Assembly: GCA_017459675.1 (NCBI GenBank)
Contig: JAFUCM010000006.1
Location: forward strand, 1-62,856
Length of the DNA stretch: 62,856 nucleotides
Direction of reading: 5' to 3'
Origin: Eubacterium sp.
GTDB taxonomy: Bacteria > Bacillota > Clostridia > Lachnospirales > Lachnospiraceae
Below the pieces are notes generated by a model. It worked only from the letters and a program-made list of their open reading frames with translations, was not told where the DNA came from and searched no databases. This document shows positions 48,203-57,284 of this stretch, piece after piece. The position numbers and the translations under genes were made by a program. Every line of letters starts with the position of its first letter. Position 1 is the first letter of the stretch.

Positions 48203-48778
48203 ATGGGCATTTTGATCATTGCCTTTCCCGAGTCCCGGCAGAAAACGGCGGGAAGGATCGAGGAGATCCTGACCGGACACGGATTCCGGGAGATTATTCG
48301 CGTAAAGACGGGATCAGAAGCGCTGCGCAAGATGGGGAGACTGAAGGGAGGAATTCTGATCTGTCCGAAACGCCTTCCGGATCTGTATTATACAGAGCTG
48401 CTGGAATATCTGCCGCCGCATTTTGAGATGCTGCTTCTGTCCGGTGAAAAGGATCTGAACAGCACGCCGCTCTCAGGCCTGTATACCGACAGCATTGTCA
48501 CCGTGCAGATGCCGGTCAAAGTCCATGCATTTATCGAGACGGTAAATATGATGGACGCGGCATCCGATCTGCACCGGACCGAACGGCTCAGGCGCGACAC
48601 CGGAAGCGCCAGAGATCCGCGGGATGAGAACTATATCCGGAACGCCAAGGAGGTCCTGATGCAGCGGCAGCATATGACTGAGGAAGAGGCACATAAATAT
48701 TTACAGAAAAACAGCATGGATACCGGCAGAAAGCTGGTGGAGTCCGCGCAGATGATTTTGCTGATGGAAATCATGTAA
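48203..48778 (+). CDS. ANTAR-domain antiterminator with pseudo-receiver N-terminus (NitR/NasT/AmiR-like)
   Basis: C-terminal IRNAKEVLMQRQHMTEEEAHKYLQKNSMDTGRKL; REC-like N-terminus lacks acidic pocket and phospho-Asp. Confidence 0.88.
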   Translation: MGILIIAFPESRQKTAGRIEEILTGHGFREIIRVKTGSEALRKMGRLKGGILICPKRLPDLYYTELLEYLPPHFEMLLLSGEKDLNSTPLSGLYTDSIVTVQMPVKVHAFIETVNMMDAASDLHRTERLRRDTGSARDPRDENYIRNAKEVLMQRQHMTEEEAHKYLQKNSMDTGRKLVESAQMILLMEIM

Positions 48779-48800
48779 GGCATTAAAGGAGAACTGAAAA

Positions 48801-50417
48801 ATGGCGATGAAATATATTTTCGTGACGGGCGGTGTTGTCTCCGGCCTGGGCAAGGGCATTACGGCCGCTTCGCTCGGCCGGCTTCTGAAGGCGCGCGGCT
48901 ATCATGTGACGATGCAGAAGCTGGATCCGTACCTGAACATTGATCCGGGCACGATGAATCCGATCCAGCACGGGGAAGTATTTGTGACCGACGACGGAAC
49001 GGAGACGGACCTCGATCTCGGCCATTACGAGCGGTTCATCGATGAGAATCTGAACCGGAATTCCAACGTGACTTCGGGAAAAATCTACGAGACAGTCCTG
49101 CAGAAAGAGCGCGACGGCGTCTACGGCGGCGGGACCGTGCAGGTCATTCCGCATGTCACAAATGAAATTATCAGCCGGTTTTACAGGGCGCCGGAGGCAG
49201 ACGATCAGATCCATATCGCCATGATTGAAGTCGGCGGGACGGTCGGTGATATCGAATCACAGCCGTATCTGGAGGCGATCCGCCAGTTCCAGCATTCCAT
49301 GGGACATGAGAATGTCATGCTGATTCTGGTTTCTCTGGTGCCTTATCTGAAATGTTCGCAGGAGCTGAAGACAAAGCCGACGCAGGCGGCCGTGAAAACC
49401 ATGCAGGGAATGGGGCTGCAGCCGGATGTGATTGTATGCAGGACAGAGGAGGCGCTGCCGCAGGATGTGCGGGAGAAAATCGCGCTGTTCTGCAATGTGG
49501 ACCGGCGGTATGTGATGGAAAACAGAGATTTGAAATATCTCTACGAGGCGCCGATTGCCATGGAATCCGAACATCTCGCGGAAGCAGCCTGTGAAATCCT
49601 GCAGATTCCGTGTCCGGAACCGGATCTTGCGGACTGGCGCAGCATGGTCAGCGCCCTGTATCATCCGGAAAAGACGGTCCGGATTGCGCTGGTCGGCAAA
49701 TACACAAAACTGCATGACGCTTATTTAAGTGTTGTGGAGGCGCTGAAGCATGCCGGTACGGCAAACCGCGCGGCCATTGAGATCTGCTGGATTGAGGCAG
49801 AGGATGTAACCGAAGCATCCGCAGAAACGCTTCTGTCCGGGATGGACGGCATGATCGTTCCGGGCGGATTCGGGGAGCGCGGGATCCCCGGCATCATACG
49901 GGCGATTCAGTATGCGCGGGAAAACAAGGTTCCGTTTCTGGGCATCTGCCTGGGGATGCAGCTTGCCTGTATTGAGTATGCGCGGCATGCTGCCGGGATT
50001 TCTGCTGCTGATTCCGTTGAATTTACACCGGACACGCCGGATCCGGTAATCCACCTGCTGCCGGATCAGACAGGAACGCTGCCGCTCGGGGGAACACTCC
50101 GCCTCGGCAGTTATCCGTGTGTGCTGTCAGAACATTCGATGCTGCGGACATTATACGGGCAGACGGAGATAACAGAGCGGCACCGTCACCGGTACGAGTT
50201 TAACAATGCGTACCGGGAAGTACTGGAGCAGCACGGCCTGTTCTTCAGCGGCATTTCGCCGGACGGGACCATTGTGGAAATGATGGAGCTTCCGGGCCAT
50301 CCGTATTTCGCGGCGACACAGGCGCACCCGGAATTCAAATCGCGTCCCAACAGACCGCATCCGCTCTTTGACGGACTGATCCGCGCCGCGGCTGCAAAAT
50401 ATTCGCAATTTTCATAG
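48801..50417 (+). CDS. pyrG: CTP synthase
   Basis: KYIFVTGGVVSGLGKG, KLDPYLN.DPGTM, GICLGMQ, ERHRHRYE, HPEFKS. Confidence 0.95.
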   Translation: MAMKYIFVTGGVVSGLGKGITAASLGRLLKARGYHVTMQKLDPYLNIDPGTMNPIQHGEVFVTDDGTETDLDLGHYERFIDENLNRNSNVTSGKIYETVLQKERDGVYGGGTVQVIPHVTNEIISRFYRAPEADDQIHIAMIEVGGTVGDIESQPYLEAIRQFQHSMGHENVMLILVSLVPYLKCSQELKTKPTQAAVKTMQGMGLQPDVIVCRTEEALPQDVREKIALFCNVDRRYVMENRDLKYLYEAPIAMESEHLAEAACEILQIPCPEPDLADWRSMVSALYHPEKTVRIALVGKYTKLHDAYLSVVEALKHAGTANRAAIEICWIEAEDVTEASAETLLSGMDGMIVPGGFGERGIPGIIRAIQYARENKVPFLGICLGMQLACIEYARHAAGISAADSVEFTPDTPDPVIHLLPDQTGTLPLGGTLRLGSYPCVLSEHSMLRTLYGQTEITERHRHRYEFNNAYREVLEQHGLFFSGISPDGTIVEMMELPGHPYFAATQAHPEFKSRPNRPHPLFDGLIRAAAAKYSQFS

Positions 50418-50521
50418 GAACAGACGGAAATAAATGGTATACTGAACATGTTGGAGAATGCATTCTGATGGGAGATGCTCTCCGCGAGGCGAGACTTGAA
50501 TTGAAAACGAGGAGGCAATTC

Positions 50522-51430
50522 ATGGGACAGAATATATTTACAAATGATATCATTATTTCCTGGCTGCAGTATTTTGCACAGAATACAACGATTGATCTCG
50601 AGCGTGTCAAGATGCTTGATATCACGCGGAAAAATAAAAACGTAATTCCGACTGTCGAGGCAAATAAGGCAACATTGGTCTTCACAGAAGCCGGCGACAA
50701 AGACATTTTCTACCGCATGTGGAATGCGGGACTCGGTGAGTGCGAAGTCTGGTACAACGAGGGATCAGATCCATTCGGTCCGATCAAACACGATCTCTTA
50801 AAAGACATGATCGACCGCGGCATCAATGCCTCTGCGGGCATGCTGATCCTCAATGAAAATGCGCGCAACACCTATAAGATCGGCATGGACAACGACAGCT
50901 TCCGCCGCGGCTCCGTCCGCTATGTCGGCAGCGAGATCCGCGCCGTCATCCTGAACAAAATCCAGGTCGGCCAGCAGGATGAGATCATGGTCATCAGCGG
51001 CGAGAGTATTGCCATTGAGGCGGCGCTGATCGCGACAGAAGGAACCATCATCGCTGTGGAATACAACGGCGACGACCGCGCAACCATCGAGGAAAATATC
51101 GAGCACTTCGGTCTGCACAATATTGAAGTGATCGATCATGTCGACGAGGAGAGCATGAAGGATCTGCCGGTTCCGTCACTCGTCTTTATGGTGGCATCTG
51201 CCAGCATGGAGCAGGAGCTGGATCTGCTGACAAAGCTGAATCCGAACATCAGTGTAGTTGTATACACACTGGATTTCAGCGTGGCTGCAAATATCGATAC
51301 TGTATTTGAAAAATACGGTATCATGGACAAAGAGGTCATTCAGGTAGCCATCTCTAAGCTGAATGCGAAGAATGCATTCGAGCAGCAGCCGGCACCGTGG
51401 ATTATTTCCGGTAAGGCAGCAAGAGCGTAA
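50522..51430 (+). CDS. Precorrin-6B methyltransferase (CbiE/T)-like protein, degenerate SAM motif
   Basis: IGMDND.F.R..V....EIRAVILNK, SIAIEAA, IIAVE, IEEN..HFGL.NIEVI, QVAISK resemble CbiT; no DxGxGxG. Confidence 0.5.
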   Translation: MGQNIFTNDIIISWLQYFAQNTTIDLERVKMLDITRKNKNVIPTVEANKATLVFTEAGDKDIFYRMWNAGLGECEVWYNEGSDPFGPIKHDLLKDMIDRGINASAGMLILNENARNTYKIGMDNDSFRRGSVRYVGSEIRAVILNKIQVGQQDEIMVISGESIAIEAALIATEGTIIAVEYNGDDRATIEENIEHFGLHNIEVIDHVDEESMKDLPVPSLVFMVASASMEQELDLLTKLNPNISVVVYTLDFSVAANIDTVFEKYGIMDKEVIQVAISKLNAKNAFEQQPAPWIISGKAARA

Positions 51431-51440
51431 CGCGTGAAAG

Positions 51441-51467
51441 GGAGACAGAGAACCGTCCCCTGTCTCC
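51441..51467. repeat. REP-like 27-bp palindrome, family B copy 1
   Basis: GGAGACAGAGAACCGTCCCCTGTCTCC, exact reverse complement of 57163-57189. Confidence 0.8.
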
Positions 51468-51498
51468 GCCGGAAGGATGAAATAAGGAAAAGACAAAA

Positions 51499-52221
51499 AT
51501 GAAACATCTTCGTGGGAATATCAGAAGATTTGCAGGACTGCTGCTGGCAGTCCTGCTTTTGGTGGGGTTGATTCCGCTGGCAGGATGCGGCAGCGGTAAG
51601 GATGCCGCCGGTACGCAGAGTGCGGCGGTTTCCGTAAGTAATAGTACAGCAGAGACGGCCGGCGGTGACGCAGATGAAAGTACGGCCGTGTCAGAGAGTG
51701 GTTTCCAAAGTGAGAGCAGTTCGGAGGCCCAAAGTGAGCCGGAGCAGGGTACACCGGAAGATGCGGACAGCCGTTCGCTGGACGTCTTTGAAGAAGATGC
51801 GCAGGATACGGCAGCTGTTTCGGAGGAAGCGGACGAATCAGTCGTATTGAGCGAACCAGAAGACACAGCCGGCACAGAAATTGATGAGCACGGCTCTTAT
51901 ACTTCGAAGGAAGAGGTCGCGCTGTATCTGCATACCTATGGACATCTGCCGGAGAATTACATCACAAAGAAGCAGGCGGAGAAGCTCGGCTGGGACAACC
52001 GCGCCGGCAACCTGCAGGATGTGGCCCCCGGCAAGAGCATCGGCGGCAGCCGGTTCGGCAATTATGAGGGTCTGCTGCCGGATGCAAAGGGCCGGAACTA
52101 CTACGAGTGCGATATTAATTACGAAGGCGGCTACCGCGGGGCTGAGCGGATTATCTACTCTGATGACGGCCTGATCTTCTACACGGCTGACCACTACAAG
52201 AGTTTTGAGCAGTTGTATTGA
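51499..52221 (+). CDS. Barnase-like ribonuclease lipoprotein
   Basis: Lipobox LAGC; LP.NYITK..A..LGW....GNL..VAPGKSIGG..F.N.EG.LP, E.DINY..G.R...RI.YS.D.LI..T.DHY..F. Confidence 0.9.
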   Translation: MKHLRGNIRRFAGLLLAVLLLVGLIPLAGCGSGKDAAGTQSAAVSVSNSTAETAGGDADESTAVSESGFQSESSSEAQSEPEQGTPEDADSRSLDVFEEDAQDTAAVSEEADESVVLSEPEDTAGTEIDEHGSYTSKEEVALYLHTYGHLPENYITKKQAEKLGWDNRAGNLQDVAPGKSIGGSRFGNYEGLLPDAKGRNYYECDINYEGGYRGAERIIYSDDGLIFYTADHYKSFEQLY

Positions 52222-52230
52222 AATGCTGCA

Positions 52231-52373
52231 AAGTGAAGATTCAACAAATTCAATCTCAGGTACTTTGAAGCCGCCGGTACTTGCTGAACAGGACGTAGTC
52301 CTGTGAAGCTTATGTACTGCTGCGAGCTGAAAGTAGCGAGAGCGTGCCTGAGATGAATTGTTGAATCTGAACT
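52231..52373. mobile_element. ~143-bp MITE-like long-hairpin element
   Basis: Imperfect ~30-bp terminal IRs AAGTGAAGATTCAACAAATTCAATCTCAGGTAC / GTGCCTGAGATGAATTGTTGAATCTGAACTT; internal ACAGGAC-GTA-GTCCTGT hairpin. Confidence 0.65.
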
Positions 52374-52388
52374 TTATAGGGTGAAAAT

Positions 52389-53216
52389 ATGAAAAAGCTT
52401 AATTTGGATTTTACGGAAGTATTTACGCCGGAGCAGGCGCACGTCATGATTGCGGCGGAACTGGATTTTCCCTCTTTTTATGGAAGAAATCTGGACGCGC
52501 TGTATGACTGTCTGACGGATATCACGGAGGATCTGGAGCTGAACCTTCTGCCGCCGTCTGAGAAGGCTGCGCTTTCCGGATGGTTTCAGAAAGCTGTCCG
52601 CGTGTTCACAGATGCGGCAGGGGAGAATTCTCATTTGACGATCGCAGTGCAGGCGCATGCAAAACCGAAGATCGCCGTCCTGTTTCCGGGAATCGGATAT
52701 ACCTGCGACCGGTCGCTGCTCTATTTTTCCGGGAAACTTGCGGAGACGGCGGGATATGAGATCCGCACGGTGCCATACGGGGATTTTCCTAAAGGCGTGA
52801 AGGGAAACCGCAGCAAGATGGAAGCGAGTTTTTATTCCGCTATGGAGCAGACAGAGAAGCTGCTTGCGGATATGAACTGGGAGAATTATGGTGACATTCT
52901 GTTCGTTTCCAAAAGCATTGGCACGATCGTTGCTTCAGCCTATGCGAAGCAGCACGGTCTGCAGGTCCGGTCGGTACTGTTTACGCCGCTGAAAGACACG
53001 TTTCAGTTCCTGGACAAGGGTGCGGAAGCGGCTGCATTTCACGGGACGTCGGATCCCTGGGCGGAAACGGATGAGATTGTCAGCGGCTGTAAAGAGAAAG
53101 GAATTGCACTGCATCTTACAGAGCATGCAAATCACTCGCTGGAGACCGGCGATGTGATGACAGATCTGAAGACACTGACTGCGGCAATGCAGACGGTCAA
53201 AGAGATGCTGAAGTAA
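52389..53216 (+). CDS. Barstar domain fused to an alpha/beta-hydrolase domain
   Basis: N-terminal LDFPSFYGRNLDALYDCLTD; C-terminal LFPGIGY, SKSIG, HGTSDP, NHSLE. Confidence 0.8.
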   Translation: MKKLNLDFTEVFTPEQAHVMIAAELDFPSFYGRNLDALYDCLTDITEDLELNLLPPSEKAALSGWFQKAVRVFTDAAGENSHLTIAVQAHAKPKIAVLFPGIGYTCDRSLLYFSGKLAETAGYEIRTVPYGDFPKGVKGNRSKMEASFYSAMEQTEKLLADMNWENYGDILFVSKSIGTIVASAYAKQHGLQVRSVLFTPLKDTFQFLDKGAEAAAFHGTSDPWAETDEIVSGCKEKGIALHLTEHANHSLETGDVMTDLKTLTAAMQTVKEMLK

Positions 53217-53258
53217 ATAGAACCGCTTCTGTGCGTGAGGCGGCACGCAGAGAACGGA

Positions 53259-53292
53259 AAAAACTCCAGTCCGGACAGGGCTGGTTTTTTTT
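53259..53292 (+). terminator. Intrinsic terminator (preceded by a second hairpin at ~53223-53257)
   Basis: CCAGTCC/GGGCTGG followed by a T-run. Confidence 0.65.
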
Positions 53293-53402
53293 GTGCCGCA
53301 GCGGCATCGACATCCGGCGGCAGTCTTATTTTCGGGAGGGTCGGATTTTAAAGTAGATCTTAGGTTGCGCCGGTATGATGACCATCAAGAGGAGGTGACT
53401 CT

Positions 53403-54596
53403 ATGAATCAGGTAATTATCATACCGGCACTGAATCCGGACGAAAAGATGCTCCGGGTGATCCGGGATTTGCAGGCATATGGATTTGAAAGAATTATTAC
53501 GGTAGATGACGGCAGCGAAGCAGCATACCGTCAATTGTTTGAGGAAGCGCAGTCACTCGGATGCGTGGTCATCCGGCATGAACAGAACCGCGGAAAAGGT
53601 GCGGCGCTCCGCATGGCGATGCGGACGGCACAGGAATTATACGGCGAAGTTTCTTTTATCACCGTAGATGCAGACGGGCAGCACCTGCCGGAGGATATTC
53701 TGCATGTCGCAGAGGCGATGGAACTGCATCCGGGTTCCCTGGTGCTGGGAACCCGGGATTTTTCCGGCGGACAGGTGCCGAAGAAAAGTCTTCTGGGCAA
53801 CCGGATTACGGCGAAGGTTTTCCGGCTGACGACAGGGATTGACTGTCCGGATACACAGACCGGTTTAAGAGGCATTCCGTCCTGCCTGACGGATTTGGCG
53901 TGTGAGACGGGCGGGGACCGGTATGAATACGAGATGAATTTTCTCATGGACGCATCGCAGCGGGTACCGATTGTGAGCGTGCCGATCACGACGGTCTATG
54001 AGGACGGAAATAAGGGGTCTCATTTCCGTCCGGTGCGCGACTCAATTCTGGTGTATAAGCGGCCGCTGCGGTTCGTCGCATCCTCCCTGACGGGCGCGGT
54101 CTGTGATGTGCTGTTGTTTGCGCTCCTGCTGTATTTCCTGACGGGAAAATGGAATGTTTCAGCCGGTCAGAGTATTTCCGGCAGCAGTCTGGTGCAGCAG
54201 GGCACTGGCGGCGTGTCCGGTTTTCAGCAATACGCATATGGCGCACATGTCATCTTATTCGCGACGATCGCGGCAAGGATCGGATCAGGCATTGTCAACT
54301 TTCTGATGAATAAATACTGGAGCTTTGAGAGTCATGCATCTGGCGGCAGAGAAATGCTCCGGTATGGAATTCTGTTTGCTGCCCAGATGTTTGCAAGTGC
54401 GGGTCTGGCGATGCTTCTGTCGCTGGTGATGCCGTCTGTCGCAGGAAAAATGATAGCGGACACGGGTCTGTTTTTTATCAGCTATATTATCCAGCAGCGA
54501 TGGGTATTTTCGGGGAGAAGACCCGGACGCCGAATCGCTGACAGAAGCAGAGAAATAGGAGGAAAGCACTATGTTCAGGAAAAAATCCGGGGATAA
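53403..54596 (+). CDS. GT2 glycosyltransferase fused to GtrA-like domain
   Basis: IIIPALNP, VDDGS, NRGKGAA, TVDADGQH, DTQTGLR, SHFRP; C-terminal ~4 TM segments with NFLMNK.W.F. Confidence 0.88.
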   Translation: MNQVIIIPALNPDEKMLRVIRDLQAYGFERIITVDDGSEAAYRQLFEEAQSLGCVVIRHEQNRGKGAALRMAMRTAQELYGEVSFITVDADGQHLPEDILHVAEAMELHPGSLVLGTRDFSGGQVPKKSLLGNRITAKVFRLTTGIDCPDTQTGLRGIPSCLTDLACETGGDRYEYEMNFLMDASQRVPIVSVPITTVYEDGNKGSHFRPVRDSILVYKRPLRFVASSLTGAVCDVLLFALLLYFLTGKWNVSAGQSISGSSLVQQGTGGVSGFQQYAYGAHVILFATIAARIGSGIVNFLMNKYWSFESHASGGREMLRYGILFAAQMFASAGLAMLLSLVMPSVAGKMIADTGLFFISYIIQQRWVFSGRRPGRRIADRSREIGGKHYVQEKIRG

Positions 54597-55866
54597 TGCT
54601 CCGGTGGAAAATCATACAGATCAGAAGAAAAAGAAAATCCGCATCCGGCCGCTGGTGCTGGGGACAGTACTTACGGCATATACGGTATTTACACTGCTGG
54701 ATGCCTTTGTGATTCCGCGGGATATTGTGACGCTCGAATCTGTGCAGGCGGCTGCGTCAAATACAGAGAAGGCAGACGCTTCAGCAGAAGCGGATGACGC
54801 GCAGGGAAATACAGATGATGCACAGGGAAATGTGGATGGTACGCAGGGAAGTACAGATGATGCTTCCGGGCAGGGCGGTGACAGTGCCGGCAGCGGGGAC
54901 GATACGAAGCACAAACATAAACCTGGCGAAAAGGGCGGAAAAGGAGGTTCCGGCAAGGGAAGATCCGGAAAACCGGGCAGAGGTTCATCAGATGGCAGCA
55001 CTTCTGACAGCTCCGGTTCGACAGGCAGTACGTCGGATGGAAACACGTCATCCGGCAAAGCTTCAGGGTCCAAATCCGGCTCGGACAGCACAGCTGAAAA
55101 CAGTGCCACCGGCGAGGCGGCTGATGCAGCGGCTGTCACATCGGACAGCTATCAGGCGGACGGCGTATCCATCACGCTGACAGAAAAGCGCGTTTATGAC
55201 ACACAGGTGTACATCGCGGATATTCAGCTGGATGATCCCTCAGAACTGCTCTCGGGTCTGGCAGAAAACAGTTTTGGCAGAAATCTGAGTCAGAAGACAT
55301 CTGAACAGGCGGAATCGCTGGGCGCAGTGCTGGCGATCAACGGCGACTATTATGGATTCCGGGATACCGGATATGTTATGCGAAACGGCTATCTGTACCG
55401 CAGTACGGCGCGCAGCGGCAGCGGCAATGAGGATCTGGTCGTCTACAGTGACGGAAGTATGGAAATCATAGATGAATCAGAGGTGACAGCGGAAGAACTT
55501 GAGGCAAAGGGCGCCGTGCAGATCTATTCCTTCGGCCCCGGCCTGATCAGCGACGGATCCGTCATGGTAACAGCAGGTGACGAGGTGGACCAGTCGATGC
55601 GCAGCAATCCGCGGACGGCAATCGGCATGGTCGAACCGGGTCATTATATTATGGTCGTCTCGGATGGCAGAACCGATGAGAGTGATGGACTCTCGCTGGC
55701 ACAGCTTGCGGAAGTTATGCAGGAAGCCGGCTGCACGGAGGCTTACAATCTGGACGGCGGCGGCTCAACAACCATGTGGTTCAATGGAGAAATTGTAAAT
55801 AACCCGACCGGCGGACGCGGGTCGAATGAAAGGGCGGTGAGCGATATTGTATACATCGGCAAATGA
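54571..55866 (+). CDS. Membrane-anchored phosphodiester glycosidase (NAGPA-family) protein
   Basis: AINGDYY, SFGP.L, NPRTAIG, DGR, AYNLDGGGS; long low-complexity stalk with 21-bp repeats at ~54793-54860. Confidence 0.85.
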   Translation: MFRKKSGDNAPVENHTDQKKKKIRIRPLVLGTVLTAYTVFTLLDAFVIPRDIVTLESVQAAASNTEKADASAEADDAQGNTDDAQGNVDGTQGSTDDASGQGGDSAGSGDDTKHKHKPGEKGGKGGSGKGRSGKPGRGSSDGSTSDSSGSTGSTSDGNTSSGKASGSKSGSDSTAENSATGEAADAAAVTSDSYQADGVSITLTEKRVYDTQVYIADIQLDDPSELLSGLAENSFGRNLSQKTSEQAESLGAVLAINGDYYGFRDTGYVMRNGYLYRSTARSGSGNEDLVVYSDGSMEIIDESEVTAEELEAKGAVQIYSFGPGLISDGSVMVTAGDEVDQSMRSNPRTAIGMVEPGHYIMVVSDGRTDESDGLSLAQLAEVMQEAGCTEAYNLDGGGSTTMWFNGEIVNNPTGGRGSNERAVSDIVYIGK

Positions 55867-55960
55867 TTTCGTTACATGGAATGAAGTGACAGATTTACGG
55901 AGTGCAAATCGGAGGAATGAAACGACTGCGGGAAACAGGCGGACAGGAGATGTGCGTGTG

Positions 55961-56359
55961 ATGAAAGAGCATACAAAAAAACAGGCAAGGCATGCCCTGA
56001 TTGTATATCTTGGCATTACCGTGTTCTGCGGCATCGTATTTCTGGTATACGATCAGTTCTCACACGGTGTGCGGTCGCCTTATATGACATTTTTGTTTGG
56101 ATGGCCGCTGGTGTTCGGCGTACTGCCCGCACTGATCCGGATGGCGGCGAAGCTGCCGGATCCGGATCTGCTCTCGAAGGATATTTACAACACCGGCGTG
56201 GCGGCAATTACATTTTCGAGTTTGCTGCGCGGGATCTTTGAAATCGCCGGAACCGCGTCCGATTATCAGAGGTATCTGATGGGCGCCGGCGTGATACTTG
56301 CGGCAGCGGGACTGCTGCTGTACGTTTTCCACCTGGTACACAGAAAGCAAACGGAATGA
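55961..56359 (+). CDS. Small hypothetical membrane protein (~4 TM)
   Basis: AGGAG RBS; hydrophobic segments; YDQFSHGVRSPYM, GIFEIAGT. Confidence 0.65.
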   Translation: MKEHTKKQARHALIVYLGITVFCGIVFLVYDQFSHGVRSPYMTFLFGWPLVFGVLPALIRMAAKLPDPDLLSKDIYNTGVAAITFSSLLRGIFEIAGTASDYQRYLMGAGVILAAAGLLLYVFHLVHRKQTE

Positions 56360-56362
56360 GGG

Positions 56363-57007
56363 TCAGAACATCCCCCGCGCTTTGTTCAGCAGGCGGAGAT
56401 AGACAATTCCAACGGCCAGCGAAGCAATCGTCGCAAGGAGAGAAGTAATGATGCCTGCAGTAGTTAAGGTTTTGGCAGATAAGACTGTAGAGATAATATT
56501 CAGTACAAGAATGACGGCATAGAAAATCAGGATCAGCTTCAGTGTCTCAAGCCCGCGCGCCTGCACGTCCCGGTCATGTACAGCTCTGGCGAGATTGAGC
56601 GTTCCGCTGACGATATAATAGGTGACCAGGAATTGACAAAATGTTGCGGCAACGGCGAAGAGTCCGGCAACCAGCGCACCCTTGCCGGATACAGCAGTCT
56701 GTGCAATGTTGGCAATAATGCCGACAAACAGCGCGGCCAGAGCGTTTTTGAAGTTGGATTCATCTTTCGAAGCGCCCGCGATTCCGAGAATTGTAAGAAT
56801 AAATGCTGCGAGTGCAAGTGCCGATGAAAGGAAAACCAGTCCGCCGGAAGACATATTTGCGGCAGCAGAGGAAGACGCCGTGTTCAGGGTGCTTCCATTC
56901 ACCAGCATAAGAAGCATGGCGATGATAGAAATCACGGCGGAAATCAGTGTCAGAATTTCGCCGATAAAGATTTTCTGAATGCCCTTTTGCGAATTTGTAT
57001 AATCCAT
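56363..57007 (-). CDS. Hypothetical membrane protein (~6 TM)
   Basis: GGAGG RBS before ATG 57007; repeated hydrophobic helices. Confidence 0.65.
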   Translation of the reverse strand: MDYTNSQKGIQKIFIGEILTLISAVISIIAMLLMLVNGSTLNTASSSAAANMSSGGLVFLSSALALAAFILTILGIAGASKDESNFKNALAALFVGIIANIAQTAVSGKGALVAGLFAVAATFCQFLVTYYIVSGTLNLARAVHDRDVQARGLETLKLILIFYAVILVLNIISTVLSAKTLTTAGIITSLLATIASLAVGIVYLRLLNKARGMF

Positions 57008-57162
57008 GGAAAAACCTCCCGCTTTATATAATAATCGATATAGTATTATTATCCAATGAATAGAAATCAAAGTCAACTCAGATGAACTCTGAAGCGGGAC
57101 GGGAATGAAAGCGGAAGAAGCGACGATTTTCTTGACAATTCTGCGGGCAGTCTATAAATTAG

Positions 57163-57189
57163 GGAGACAGGGGACGGTTCTCTGTCTCC
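57163..57189. repeat. REP-like 27-bp palindrome, family B copy 2
   Basis: GGAGACAGGGGACGGTTCTCTGTCTCC. Confidence 0.8.
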
Positions 57190-57284
57190 TTTTTGTAAAT
57201 GAGAAGAAAAGCCGGACAGGGCTGATTCGTTTGCAGTATTTCGCAAAGAAAAAACGTTAGAAGAACAGGAAAAAGGAAACCGAC

